Shown here: positions 1 to 15,811 of the stretch, one piece after another
Numbering within the stretch: the stretch's first letter is position 1
Layout of the letters: the number at the start of each line of letters is the position of its first letter
Assembly: GCF_009914755.1 (NCBI RefSeq)
Contig: NC_060938.1
DNA length: 64,000 bases
DNA from: the human T2T-CHM13v2.0 reference genome, Homo sapiens
Reading direction: 5' to 3' (one strand)
Translations under genes and position numbers: made by a program
Notes under the pieces: generated by a model
Told to the model about the DNA's origin: nothing
The model's input: the letters and a program-made list of their open reading frames with translations, nothing else
Database searches by the model: none

Positions 1-157
1 TTCTACCAAGATGTTTTTCTCGGGGCCATTTATAATAGTGAACAAACAAACCAAGCAGACAAAGAAAGTATCTCAGTATTTAAGAGTAGGATACTGGTGA
101 AATACGTGCCATTCCATCTACGAGGAATGAAAAGGCAGCCCTAAAAATCATGTTTAG

Positions 158-453
158 GGCCAGGCATGGTGGCTCACACCTGTAGTCACAGAACTTTGGG
201 AGGCTAAAGAGGGTAGATCACTTAAGTCCAGGAGTTTGAGAACAGCCTGGGCAATGTGGCAAAACCCTGTCTCTACAAAAAATACAAAAAATTAGCTGGG
301 TGTGGTGGCATATACCTGTAGTCTCGGCTACCTGGGAGGCTGAGGTGGGAGGATCACCTGAGCTTGGGAGGTCAAGGTTGCCGTAAGCTGTGATTATGCC
401 ACAATCATCCCAGCCTGGGTGACAGAGTGATACCCTGTCTTAAAAAAAAAAAA
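158..453 (+). mobile_element. AluJ-like
   Basis: Dimeric Alu, A tail, TSD aatcatgtt. Confidence 0.9.
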
Positions 454-554
454 AGAATCATGTTGAGAAAAAAAATTTAATGACATGGCAACAGCTGAGT
501 TAAAAAAAAAATCAGAGTATTTAACATCTGACAAAGTATAATCTTGAAAAACAG

Positions 555-1290
<736 letters not shown>

Positions 1291-2569
1291 AAAAATAGCT
1301 TATGGGGAAATATGTCAAGATGTTCATAATGAATATTTTTGAATGAAGGGACTAGGGGTGATCTTGATTTCATTCTTTTTAGTTTCCAGCATTTTCCCCT
1401 TAGTAAATGAGATGTTTGGTTGTGTTTGTTCTTGGTTTTAAAGAAGCTTTCTCCAGCATCTCCCAGATGTGTGCGGGGGCTGGGCGAGCGGGGAGAGGCT
1501 GGGTCCAGCTGCAGTTAGAAACGAGGGAGGCCACAGTCATCTGGGGAGGGGTGGCTCAGAGAGGGCGTGGGGCTCCTAGGCTCCCCTAAACTCTCTCAGC
1601 CCTACTGGCTGGCCTCCTTCTCTGCCTGCCCTCTATGCTTGGGCCTCGCCCATGGGCCTCTCTCCCCAGGAACAGCTCTGTCACTAGCCTGAAGGGGCTG
1701 CCCTGGGCCTAGTGGGAATGTGGGCTCGGGGCTTTCTCAGACGGTCAGTGCCCGAGACGCCTTCCCGCTGCTGCTCCGCCCCATCCCAGCTGCAAAAACA
1801 ACAGCCCATACCCAAAGCCCTGTTATTGCAGCCGAGAGTGGAGCCTCAGTGGACAGCGGAAGGAGTGGGGATGGGGCCGGCCAGCCCTAAATGGACCTGG
1901 GGCAGGGGCTCCTTGGGGAGGGGTAGAGTCCCCTCCTGCTCCTCCTGGGGAAGCCTGGCTCTGAGGTGTGTGGGGGAAGGCGCTTGCAGGGGCCTGTGGG
2001 ACTTGGGGACTGAGGGTCAACTCTGCCAGTGGCCTCCCTGTCTCCCTGGGGACTGTGGGAGGTGGGAGCAAGAGGGGGGAGGAAGTAAAGCCACTTGGGA
2101 ACCCGCTGAGCCAAGCCGTGGGCAGGAGGCGGCACCAGCGTGGCTCCCGGGGGGGCCAGGGCCAAGGCTTTCCCACGGAGTGTGACTGGCCACCGGGCTC
2201 TGCAGAGCTGTCCACCCCAGGCTGGGGCCTATGAGCCTTGGGAAGTTTCTGTGCTCTCTTCCCTTAGGGGATAGGGACTGGCGGCCCCGCATTCAGAACC
2301 CAGCAGGACTCTTCCTCTCCACTCCCCGGTGCCCTCAGGTGTGTGCCAGGCATCTTATCGAGGCTGGGGCTCGGCTCTCAGAAGCCTGACGCCCAGCTTC
2401 CTTGGCACCCATTCCACTTTCATCTGTCAGCTTCATACTCAGGGGGCAAGGAGAGGGACGCAGAGCTTCTATCACCAAGGTCCTGAAGGCTTTAGAGGCT
2501 GGTGGGAGCCTGGCCCCTGTCTGACCCCTCAAGGCCATTCCTCCCATTCTAACAAGAAGGATGTGGCCG

Positions 2570-2780
2570 TGGTGGAATTAGGAGGCACTGTGGCAGTCTC
2601 TGGAGACAGACACCCTGGGTTAGAACCTACACTTGGTCCCCACCAGTGGCAAGCCACTCAACTTGAGCCTCAGCTTCTTCTGCTGTAAAATGAAGATGTT
2701 AACATGCCTATGTTACCGTACAGAGCCCTGGGAGACTTCGAGGTGATTATAAAAAGTCTCTGGCACAATGCAGGTGCTTC
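2570..2780 (+). mobile_element. MIR fragment
   Basis: MIR core gagcctcagcttcttctgctgtaaaatgaag. Confidence 0.55.
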
Positions 2781-3409
2781 ATCAGTGCAGGCCACTGTGA
2801 TTCTTCTTCCTCAAGCCCCAAGAAGGGAAATTAGCTGAGACTGGAAAGAATTTTCTGACTTCAGTTATCCCCACCTCCACATTCTGTGCAATGGAGAGAG
2901 CAGCTTGAGAAGTTTTGCCTTCTTGCCCGAAAACCCTGCTCAGAAACCAGTTAATCAAACTACCCTCTGAAGTTAGACAATGACTGTCTGTTAGAATATT
3001 CCTGGCCACGGCCATCAAACCAGGGACAGAAACTATTCCTGGGACAGAGGGGAGTCAGATGCGAGTGAGGGAGTGTTGGGCCTCTGGGGTCTGCTGCCTG
3101 CAGGTTGGTCACCGAGGGCCATGTCTGCTCCAAGAGTGGCAGGAATCTGCTGGGACCCAGGACACAGGCATCTGGACGGGGCTGCACCACCATGCAAGGA
3201 GTCCTTGAAAGAGACGTTCTCAGGTAGTTAAAATAACTGGGGAGTCCTTGAAAGAGAGGAGTTATCAAAATAAAAGTCGATATTATTTTTCTCTGAATTG
3301 TCCAGTCTGAAATTACAACCAGGTCTACCAGAATCACCTTTTATGGAGAGTTCTAAAAATTCTCTTATGTAATGGGTATCCAGACCTGCTACTTTAAAGA
3401 TCGGTAGTA

Positions 3410-3708
3410 GGTCGCGTGCTGTGGCTCAGACTGTAATACCAGCACTTTGGGAGGCCAAGGCCAGTGGATCACCTGAGGTCGGGAGTTCAAGACCAGCCTG
3501 CCCAACATGGTGAAACCCCATCTCTACTAAAAATACAAAAATTAGCCAGGTGTGGTGGCCCACGCCTGTAATCCCAGCTACCCAGGAGGCTGAGGCACGA
3601 GAATCACTTGAACCCAGGAGGCAGAAGTTGCAGGGAGATGAGATCGTGTCACTGCACTCCAGCCTAAGTGACAGAATGAGATTCTGTTTCAAAAAAAAAA
3701 AAAAAAAA
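3410..3708 (+). mobile_element. AluS
   Basis: Dimeric Alu with A tail. Confidence 0.9.
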
Positions 3709-4373
3709 AGGCCAGTAGTAGTACATGTCTCTAAATGTTTGAGATCCTTACCATTTATCAGAGTTCCCTGTTACTAACATCTCCACTGACAGACAAGGTC
3801 ACCCAGCTTGTGAGGGGCAAACTCCAGGAGATGTGTGTGACTTTCAAACCCCAGCTTTTAAATGATTTAACGTTCAGTGACTAAGAGAATAACTGGCTAC
3901 TGGGCCTTGATCGCCACTTGTTTTTTCTTTCAGAATCTCAGACTATATTGTTTTGTGTACCTAAATGATTGGACATTCTCACTTAGCAGAAGGGACCTAT
4001 CAATTGCAGAATAACTATCTGTTGACCAGAACCAACCCATCTCATAGGGCTGTTGTAGACACCAAAAGAGATAAGGAAAATGAAAGTCTCTAACCAAAAA
4101 GCAAAAATCCTCTAAAGTATAAGGGATGATCTGTTTATTAGTATTGAGTTTCTCCTTGTACAGGGCCTGTTTCCAGTATGCAATGTTGGTGCTTGGTATA
4201 AAGGTGCATAATAAATATTTGTTACATGTTAAATATGTTGATCTATGAAGAGCAACAATTAATACACAATCCTACTAACAATAGGGTAAGATTGTTTTTT
4301 TTTTCTAATCACGTACCCTGGGTTCCACTACCTGTGTCTGTCATTAGACTTTCCCTTCAAATTCCTAGCAATT

Positions 4374-4682
4374 GGCCTGGCGCAGTGGCTCACGCCTGTA
4401 ATGTTAGCACTTTGGGAGGCCGAGGCGGGTGAATCACCTGAAGTCAGGAGTTTGAGAACAGCCTGGCCAACATGTTGAAACCCCATCTCTACCAAAAATA
4501 CAAAAATTAGCCGGGCGTGGTGGCGCGTGCCTGTAAATCCCAGATAGTCAAGAGGCTGAGCCAGGAGAATCACTGGAACCCAGGAGGCAGAGGTTGCAGT
4601 GAGCTGAGATTGCACCACTTCACTCCAGCCTGGGTGACGAGATCGAGACTCCTTCTCAAAAAAAACACACACACAAAAAAAA
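4374..4682 (+). mobile_element. AluS
   Basis: Dimeric Alu; TSD attcctagcaatt. Confidence 0.9.
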
Positions 4683-5899
4683 CGATTCCTAGCAATTGAT
4701 CATGATAAAGTGTCAGGGAAGCTCAAGAACAGAGCCAGATGCCACAAAATATAAATCTGTATTTAGAGCAAGATTAATTTCTTGTTTAGCAGAAGCAACC
4801 AAATAACACACTCCTCCCTTGACTGAAAATAGGCTTGGGCTCCTGGGAGGACACAAGAAGCTTAGGCAAGGCTCTAGCAACCCAAAAAGTTAAGCCAAAG
4901 GGGAATTTGTTGAGAAGTCCAAGGGTGGCTGTACCTTCAGCCATGGCTAGATCTAAGGGCCCATGTCAGCTCATCTCAAATCATCAGCTCATCTCAAATC
5001 ATCAGCTCATTTGTTCTTTCTCCCTCTGTCTAGGACTGGGCTCTACTTGCTTCTCCTGGAGCAGCTGGCTGACTTTCTCCTACACTAGACAAGCTCTCCC
5101 CATGAGGCAGGAAAGGTAGCCACCGCTAGTCCAAAGCCAACCTCTTTACAGCAGATGAGGACAGAAACCTGCTTTCTTCCAGGGTCCATATAGCAAATCA
5201 CAGGACTGAATGGCTTTGCATGACCAATCAGCGTGGAAGTTGGATGATGGACCAGTCCCAGGTGTGGGGGGCCAGGCCTGTGGTTAGGGGCCACTTGGGG
5301 CACGAGGAGGTGCTGGGATTGACAGTTCCACCCAAATCACATGAGATGAGGAAGGGCAGTTCCCAACGGAAAGCGGGTGCAGGGCAGACAAAAACAACAG
5401 GTGTCTACTACAATAGCACTTGTTCTCAGGTTGCATAGAGACATGACTTATCCACCAAAACAATCAGAGAAGGATAAAAACAGTAGTGCATTCACATGCC
5501 CAAGTGTTGAGTCAAAGGCCTTCAGGAAAAGGAAGTGATCCTATGGCCTAAAGGAGATTCTTTGGAACAGAAGGATAAAGACACAAACATTTTAGTAAGC
5601 CTTGCTGCCCCCAGTTCAGAATTATCATCATAATCACCGTATTCTCCAAATTAAGTCCAGGAAACTGTTATTTGATAATTATGCAGACAATCAGCCATAA
5701 TGTTTGGAATTGGGACATTTCTGGAAAATCTGGAAGATTTGATCAACATAATCATATTTCTGGCTGAAAGAATGGGCCTGATGGATTTCTTATGTTTCTT
5801 ACAAATAACTTTTACTTCTCATTATGAACGGCATATGTTAACTGTAGAAATTTTGGAAAATACAGAACAGTACACAAATAAAAATAAAAATCATTCTTG

Positions 5900-6350
5900 C
5901 ATTTTATTAGAGTTGGGTGTGACTGCAAGTGATGGAAACTCCTAGATAACTGTGGAAGTTAAACAAGACTGAAGTTTATTTAGCTCTCAGCTGTATGAAG
6001 CCCAGAGGTGAATATTCCAGGCTGGTATGGGAGCTCCACTCCGCAGAGACCTCAGAGTGTGCAGGCTCCTTCTGGCTCACTCCTCTGCCATCCCTACAGT
6101 AGGACCTGTATCCTCATCACCTAAGCTGGCAGAGCAGAAATGCAGCAAGAAAGAGAAAGTCATGAAGAGGCCAAAGACCCATCCCAGCTATCTCCTAGGG
6201 AAGGTTCTCAAAAGCAGCAACAAAATGTTAATACTTCCACACCTTCCCATTGGTAAGAACATAGGCACATGGCCACATCTACCTGTGAAGGAGACTGGGA
6301 AATGTAGTTTCTATTCTGGGTGGCTATTTTCCCAGCTAAAACTCTATTAC
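5900..6350. mobile_element. Old MaLR (MLT1-like) LTR remnant
   Basis: ttagagttgggtgtgactgcaagtga... and ...ggagactgggaaatgtagtttcta resemble MLT1 termini; subfamily uncertain. Confidence 0.45.
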
Positions 6351-6629
6351 TATAGGAGGGGAGAGTGGCTTTGGGAGCAATTGTCTCTGATAAACCTGTA
6401 ATCGTACTATCCAGAGATAGTCACTGTTAATGTCATAGTATATGTCATTATACACACTTCACACACACACACACACCTATATACATATATATGTATGTGT
6501 AAGAATATGTGTATTGTGTATATTTATATATATATAATACATACAAATAAAGTATATTTTTAGAGTGAAATTGAGGTCCCACCAAATATACTATTTTTAC
6601 ATCCTGCTTTAAAAAAATTATAGACTTTA

Positions 6630-6916
6630 GGCCGGGCACGGTGGCTCATGCCTGTAATCCCAGCACTTTGGGAGGCCGAGGCGGGTGGATCACGAGGTCA
6701 GGAGTTCAAGACCAGCCTGGCCAAGATGGTGAAACCCCGTCTCTACTAAAAATTCAAAAATTAGCCAGCCGTGGTGGCAAGCACCTGTAATCCCAGCTAC
6801 TCAGGAAGCTGAGGCAGAGAATTGCTTACACCCAGGAGGCGGACGTTGCAGTGAGCCGAGATTGCACCACTGCACTCCAGCCTGAGTGACAGAGCAAGAC
6901 TCTGTCTTAAAAAAAA
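6630..6916 (+). mobile_element. AluS
   Basis: Dimeric Alu; TSD agacttta. Confidence 0.9.
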
Positions 6917-7009
6917 TACATATAGAGAGAGACTTTAAACAGCCTCTTTCAAGATCTATTTTAGCATTGTGTCATTTAACAATTACAGCTAGAGTTACTT
7001 TAAAAATTC

Positions 7010-7312
<303 letters not shown>

Positions 7313-7394
7313 ATGACCATCCCCCAAATGTAATGCTTTATAATTTTATAATTTTCTTTTAAATAGATGTTTTTATTTCATAAATCCTGGTTTT

Positions 7395-7589
7395 GTTTGT
7401 TTAACTATTTATTTTGAAATAATTGTAGATTCACAGGAGGTTGCAAATAAATGTATATCCTTCTCTCTCTTGCATCCTTCCCCCCAGACTACTCCAATGC
7501 TAACATTTTATACAACCATGACACAATGTCAAAACCAAGAAAATGACATTGGTACAATCCACAGAGCTTATTCAGATTTCATACATGCA

Positions 7590-7624
<35 letters not shown>

Positions 7625-8480
7625 CACAATTTTATCACAGGTAGTCTTGCATAACCACCACCACAATCAAGAAACCCAAGTGTACTATTAATATCACAAG
7701 ATTCCTAGTGTTACTCCTTTGTAGCCACACATCCCACCCATCTGTAACTCCTGGAAGCCACTAATCTATTCTTTATTTCTATAATTATGTTATTTCATGA
7801 TTGTTACATAAGTAAAGTTATGCAGTATGTACACTTTTTTTTTTTTTTGAGACAGGGTCTTGCTCTGTTACCCAGGCTGGAGTACAGTGGCGTGATCTCA
7901 GCTCACTGTGACCTCTGCCTCCCGGGTTCAAGTGATTCTTGTGCCTCAGCCTCCTGAGTAGCTGGGATTACAGGCATGTGCCACCATGCCTGGCTAATTT
8001 TTTTTTTTGTATTTTTAGTAGAAACGGGGTTTCGTCATGTTGCCCAGGCTGGTCTTGAACTCCTGGGCTCAAGTGATCTGCCTGTCCCAACATGCCAAAG
8101 TGCTGGGATTACAGGCGTGAGCCACCACTCTTGGCCTATACTTTTGAGATGGGTTTTTTTCACTCAGCATAATTTCCTTGAGGTTAGTCTAAGTTGTTGG
8201 ATATATCGATATTTCATTCCTTTCTATTACCGAGCTGTATTCCATGGTATGGATGTACAGTTTGTGTAAACATTCACCAGTTGGAAGACATTGGGTAGTT
8301 TCCAGTTGTTGGCTATTATGAATAAAGCTGCCATGAACATTCACCTGCAAGTTCCTATGTAGACGTTCTTCATTTCTCTGGGATAAATCACCAAAAATAC
8401 AATTGCTGGGTTGTATTATAAGTTCATTATTAGTTTTGAAAGGGACTGCCCAACTATTTTCAAGAGTGATTGTGTGCAAT
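7395..8480 (-). mobile_element. L1M fragment with (GT)n at 7594-7621 and an antisense Alu at 7835-8136
   Basis: Antisense L1 3' sequence (ttattttgaaataattgtagattcacagg...gctgccatgaacattc). Confidence 0.8.
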
Positions 8481-8503
8481 CCGCCTTTTAAAACTGATAA
8501 TAC

Positions 8504-8828
8504 GGCCGGGCGTGGTGGCTCACGCCTGTAATCCCAGCACTTTGGGAGGCCAAGGCAGGCGGATCATGAGGTCAAGAGATGGAGACCATCCTGGCCAACA
8601 TGATGAAACCTCATCTCTATGAAAAATACAAAAATCAGCTGGGCGTGGTGGTGCGCACCTGTAGTCCCGGCTACTCGGGAGGCTGAGGCAGGAGAATTGC
8701 TTGAACCCAGGAGGCAGAGGTTACAGTGAGCCTAGAGCCTAGATCGTGCCACTGCACTCCAGCCTGGTGACAGAGCAAGAGTCCATCTCAAAAAAAAATA
8801 AATAAATAAAAATAGAAAATAAACAAAA
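8504..8828 (+). mobile_element. AluSc-like
   Basis: gtcaagagat diagnostic; TSD aaaactga(t/c)aata. Confidence 0.88.
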
Positions 8829-9321
8829 CTGACAATATGTTATCAACAGTTCTCCTTATTGTTAAGCATTTACCATATCAAAATTCCAAAAATCGATATT
8901 CCATTGTATGACTGTACTATAACATTCTTTTGTTTTGAAAATAATTATATAACAAATACGCAATCATAATTTCCATTTCAGTTTTGAAGAATCACAAAGA
9001 TACATGGAAACTATAAAGCACCTGAGGTACCTTTCAGCTTTCAAGTCTCAAAAACAAGAATTACTTTCAATAGAAAGTAGCTCATCTTCCAAGTTTAAGA
9101 GAATAAAGAAGAGAATAAAGAGAATAAAGCTAATACCATTTTAGCTCCAAATGTTAATCAGACTACTTTATATCAAGGTAATATAGCTCGCAAGCATGGT
9201 AACAGCCAGGTTGAAAGTACTTTTTGTACTATAATGTTCTAGACCAATCTCCTAATTTTTAATATTTAGGTTTATTTCTGATTTTTGTGTTAAAAATAAT
9301 AAAGTGAAAAATATTATTGTG

Positions 9322-9640
<319 letters not shown>

Positions 9641-10319
9641 ATTATTGTGGATAACTGTATGCCTATTTCTGATTATTTCCTTAGAATGCATTTCTAAACA
9701 TGGATATGCTGGCTCAAAGGGTATAAATGAACATTTTAAAGTCTTTTGCTGTTTTCCCAACTAAAACAGCTACTAAAAGGTGCTTTAATTTGCGCTCCCA
9801 CAGGAATATATGAGAATTGGGACAAAATTTCTAAAAATACTAATATCGCAGCACAAATGGCAGTCAAATGGTTGGTATCTTAAATGCAGTATATAAATAG
9901 ATGTTACAAATCAACTAAAAACAGATAAATACCCAATATCAAGTTGCTTTGGACTGCAAGTGATAGAGAACTCCATTCAAAATTATATAAACAATAGAGA
10001 AATGTATCATTTTACATAAAGAGTCTAAAGGTAGGGCAACTTCTGGTTTTGTTGATTTCATACAAAATTTTAATAAAAGATACCACAGTACATAGACTAA
10101 AAGTTCAGGCTCTGAAGCCAGACTGTTGTGTTTACATTCCAGCTCTTCCACTTACTAGGTGTGTAACATTGAGCGAGTTACCTATTTTTGCCTCAAGTTT
10201 CTCTTTTGAAAATGGTTACATTAAGAGCACCTATCTCAAGGTTTTTGTAAGAATGAAAAGAGTTAATATACATAAAATACCCATTAAGTGTTGATATTGT
10301 CAAGAGCCTAGGTCCTTTC

Positions 10320-10520
<201 letters not shown>

Positions 10521-11850
10521 TGAGACCTCAGGTCACAAGACAGCTGCAGTATGTCCAGGCATCATATTCAAAAAGACCAGCGATAGAAGAGACTAAGTAG
10601 TCTTCTCTGCTTCCTTCTTAAGAGCAGGGAAACCTTTCCAGGTAATCCCAAACAGACCTCTTTCATATCCTGCTGGCTAGAAAATAGGTTACGCTACACC
10701 AATTTGTAAAAACAGGAGAATGGAATTACCATGATTGGTTTAGACCAATTAGGGTTTACCCATGAGTTACAGTCACCTTATCTGTAGACAGAAATCAAGC
10801 AAAATCAGTTCTGTTAACGAGGAAGAAGAAAGAAATGAATTTGGGTGGATGACCAAAATATCTGCCACACATTGCAGAAAAAGGGGCAAACCATATGACC
10901 AGAAATTCATAAGAGAAGAAATGCAAATAAATATATGAAAAAGTGTTCATCTTAACTAATAAGCAAAGAATGAAAATTAAAAGGAGTTGTATTTTCACTA
11001 TCAAGTTGGCAATGATGAAGAAGAATGATAATCATCTACAACAGCAACAAACATAGTGAGAGATGACAGCATGCTGGCAGTCCTCAGAGCCCTCGCTTGC
11101 TCTTGGCACCTCCCCTGCCTGGTCTCCCACTTTGGTGGCATTTGAGGAGCCCTTCAGCCCCCCCCAGTGCACTGTGGGAGCCCCTTTCTGGGCTGGCCAA
11201 GGCTGGAGCCCACTCCCTCAGCTTGCAGGGAGGTGTGGAGGGAGAGGCACGAACGGGAACCGGGGAGCGCTTGTAGGCCAGCTGGAGTTCCGGGTGGGCG
11301 TGGGCTTGGTGGGCCCCGCACTCGGAGCAGCCAGCCAGCCCTGCTGGCCGCGGGCAATGGGGGACTTAGCACCCGGGCCAGTGGCTGCGGAGGGTGTACT
11401 GGGTCCCCCAGCAGTGCCGGCCAACCGGCGCTGTGCTCGATTTCTCGCCGGGCCTTAGCTGCCTTCCCGCGGGGCAGGGCTCGGGACCTGCAGCCCGCCA
11501 TGCCTGAGCCTCCCACCCCCTCCGTGGGCTCCTGTGCAGCCCGAGGCTCCCCTACGAATGCCGCCCCCTGCTCCACGGCGCCCAGTCCCATCGACCACCC
11601 AAGGGCTGAGGAATGCGAGCGCAAGGCACAGCACTGGCAGGCAGCTCCACCTGCAGCCCCAGTGCGGGATCCACTAGGTGAAGCCAGCTGGGCTCCTGAG
11701 TCTGGTGGGGACGTGGAGAGTCTTTATATCTAGCTCAGGGATTGTAAACACACCAATCAGCACCCTGTGTTTAGCTCAAGGTTTGTGTGTGCACCAATCG
11801 ACACTCTGTATCTAGCTGCTCTGGTGTGGGGCCTTGGAGAACCTTTATGT

Positions 11851-12964
11851 CTAGCTCAGGGATTGTAAATACACCAATCGGCACTCTGTATCTAGCTCAA
11901 GGTTTGTAAACACACCAATCAGCAACCTGTGTTTAGCTCAAGGTTTGTGAGTGCACCAATCGACACTCTGTATCTAGCTGCTCTGGTGGGGCCTTGGAGA
12001 ACCTTTATGTCTAGCTCAGGGATTGTAAATACACCAATCGGCACTCTGTATCTAGCTCAAGGTTTGTAAACACACCAATCAGCACCCTGTGTTTAGCTCA
12101 AGGTTTGTGAGTGCACCAATCGACACTCTGTATCTAGCTGCTCTGGTGGGGCCTTGGAGAACCTTTATGTCTAGCTCAGGGATTGTAAATACACCAATCG
12201 GCACTCTGTATCTAGCTCAAGGTTTGTAAACACACCAATCAGCACCCTGTGTTTAGCTCAAGGTTTGTGAGTGCACCAATCGACACTCTGTATCTAGCTG
12301 CTCTGGTGGGGCCTTGGAGAACCTTTATGTCTAGCTCAGGGATTGTAAATACACCAATCGGCACTCTGTATCTAGCTCAAGGTTTGTAAACACACCAATC
12401 AGCACCCTGTGTTTAGCTCAAGGTTTGTGAGTGCACCAATCGACACTCTGTATCTAGCTGCTCTGGTGGGGCCTTGGAGAACCTTTATGTCTAGCTCAGG
12501 GATTGTAAATACACCAATCGGCACTCTGTATCTAGCTCAAGGTTTGTAAACACACCAATCAGCAACCTGTGTTTAGCTCAAGGTTTGTGAGTGCACCAAT
12601 CGACACTCTGTATCTAGCTGCTCTGGTGGGGCCTTGGAGAACCTTTATGTCTAGCTCAGGGATTGTAAATACACCAATCGGCACTCTGTATCTAGCTCAA
12701 GGTTTGTAAACACACCAATCAGCAACCTGTGTTTAGCTCAAGGTTTGTGAGTGCACCAATCGACACTCTGTATCTAGCTGCTCTGGTGGGGCCTTGGAGA
12801 ACCTTTATGTCTAGCTCAGGGATTGTAAATACACCAATCGGCACTCTGTATCTAGCTCAAGGTTTGTAAACACACCAATCAGCACCCTGTGTTTAGCTCA
12901 AGGTTTGTGAATGCACCAATCGACACTCTGTATCTAGCTGCTCTGGTGGGGCCTTGGAGAACCT
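11851..12964 (+). repeat. 7 x 160-bp tandem repeat inside the LTR12C enhancer
   Basis: ctagctcagggattgtaaat starts at 11851, 12011, 12171, 12331, 12491, 12651 and 12811 (period exactly 160). Confidence 0.97.
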
Positions 12965-13080
12965 GTGTGTCGAAACTCTGTATCTAACTAACCTGATGGG
13001 GACGTGGAGAACCTTTGTATCTAGCTCAGGGATTGTAAACGCACCAGTCAGTGCCCTGACAAAACAGGCCACTCAGCTCT

Positions 13081-13150
13081 ACCAATCAGCAGGATGTGGG
13101 TGGGGCCAGATAAGAGAATAAAAGCAGGCTGCCCAAGCCAGCATTGGCAA
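13081..13150 (+). promoter_or_regulatory. ERV9 LTR core promoter
   Basis: CCAAT (13082), GGGTGGGG/CACCC box (near 13098), AGATAAG GATA site (13108) and TATA-equivalent AATAAAA (13117), in the order known for ERV9 promoters. Confidence 0.8.
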
Positions 13151-13697
13151 CCCGCTCAGGTCCCCTTCCACACTGTGGAAGCTTTGTTCTTTTGCTCTTT
13201 GCGATAAATCTTGCTACTGCTCACTCTTTGGGTCCACGCTGCTTTTATGAGCTGTAACACTCACCGCAAAGATCTGCAGCTTCACTCCTGAGCCCAGCGA
13301 GACCACGAGCCCACCGGGAGGAATGAACAACTCCAGACGCGCCACCTTAAGAGCTGTAACACTCACCGCGAGGGTCCGCGGCTTCACTCTTGAAGTCAGT
13401 GAGACCAAGAACCCACCAATTCCGGACACAATAGAAAGTGGCTAATAATAGGTCTTAACATGAGATGTGCAAGGCCTACATGGAGAAAATTATAAAATTT
13501 TACTGAAAGATAGTAAAAACCTAAATAAATGGAAATATATACCATGTTCATGGAAAGACTTGGTATCTTATTGTCTTAAAGTTGTCAATTCTCTTCAAAT
13601 TGATTAATAGATTTAAAGCAATTCCAACCAAAATATCAATAAAGTTTTTAATTTAAATACGTTTCAGCAATGCTGTTTCTAAAATATATATGGAAGT

Positions 13698-14858
<1,161 letters not shown>

Positions 14859-15161
14859 GACAATTGTTAAGATAATATCATATTGATTCAGAAATAGGCA
14901 AATTCAGCAATGAAACCAAATAGCCACCAAACAGACTCACATATTATAGAAACTTGACATATGACAGTGGTGACATTAAAAATCACTGGAGAAAGAATGG
15001 AAAAATAAAATTGGATTCACACCTCTCACCTTACATAAAAAGCAATTCCAAATTATATGTAATTCCAATTCCAATTATATGTAAAGATAAATGTTTTAGT
15101 AATCAGAAGAAAATATAGGAGATTATATTTATAATTGTGGATTAGGGAAGAATGTCTTCTG

Positions 15162-15811
15162 TTTTTTTGTTTGTTTGTTTGTTTGTTTTCAGACAAGGAC
15201 TCACTCTGCCACTCAGGCTGGAGAGCAGTAGTATGATCACGGCTCACTTCAGCCTTGACTTCCCAGGCTCAAGAGATCCTCCCACTTCAGCATCCCAAGT
15301 AGCTGGGACCAGAGGTGTGAGCCACCATTCCTGGCTAATTAAAAAAAAATTTTTTTTTGTAGAGACAAGGTCTTGCTCTGTTACCCAGGTTGGTCTCAAG
15401 CTTTGGAGCTCAAGTGATCTTCCCACCTTGGCCTCCCAAAGTATTGGGATTACAGGCGTGAGCCACTGCATCTGGATGGATTTTTAAATTTTTTTATTTT
15501 TTTGAGTTGAAGTCTCACTCTGTTGCTTAGGCTGGATTGCAGTGGTGCTATCACAGCTCACTGCAAATTCAAACTCCTAGGCTCAAGCAAACCTCTCACC
15601 TCTGCCTCCCAAGTAGCTGGCACTACAGGCACATAGTAGCTGCCACTGTACTTGGCTAATTTAAAAAATTTCTTGTAGAGATGGCATCATGCTATTTTTC
15701 CCAGACTTGTCTAGAACTCCTCGCTTCAAGTGATCCTCCTACCTTGGCCTCCCAAATTGTTGGGATTATAGGTATGTAATCCCAACACCTGGCAAATCCA
15801 CTGCACTTGGC
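15162..15811 (-). mobile_element. Two antisense AluJ elements
   Basis: T tails followed by Alu reverse complement at 15162-15475 and 15481-15811. Confidence 0.85.

Larger units (their letters stand above)
11057..13430 (+). mobile_element. Solo ERV9 LTR (LTR12C-type), 2374 bp, expanded U3
   Basis: TGAGAGATGACAGC...TCCGGACACA termini (TG...CA); 4-bp TSD ATAG at 11053-11056 and 13431-13434; GC-rich 5' U3, CCAAT repeats, U5 repeats (gagctgtaacactcaccgc x2). Confidence 0.95.

Noticed and set aside
1712-2688. 119-157 aa ORFs in the GC-rich island
   Set aside because: Low-complexity G/P/R-rich products on both strands, no recognisable domain or exon structure.
4966-5010. 18-bp tandem duplication (tcagctcatctcaaatca), and similar micro-duplications at 26825 and 38489
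   Set aside because: Ordinary slippage events inside decayed repeats with no sign of function.
11063-11733. Overlapping 131-188 aa ORFs
   Set aside because: They fall in the GC-rich U3 of the LTR12C, where stop codons are rare, and show no protein family signature.
11730-13040. Array of ~40-bp subunits resembling a CRISPR array
   Set aside because: No unique spacers and no cas genes; this is the ERV9 enhancer repeat in eukaryotic DNA.
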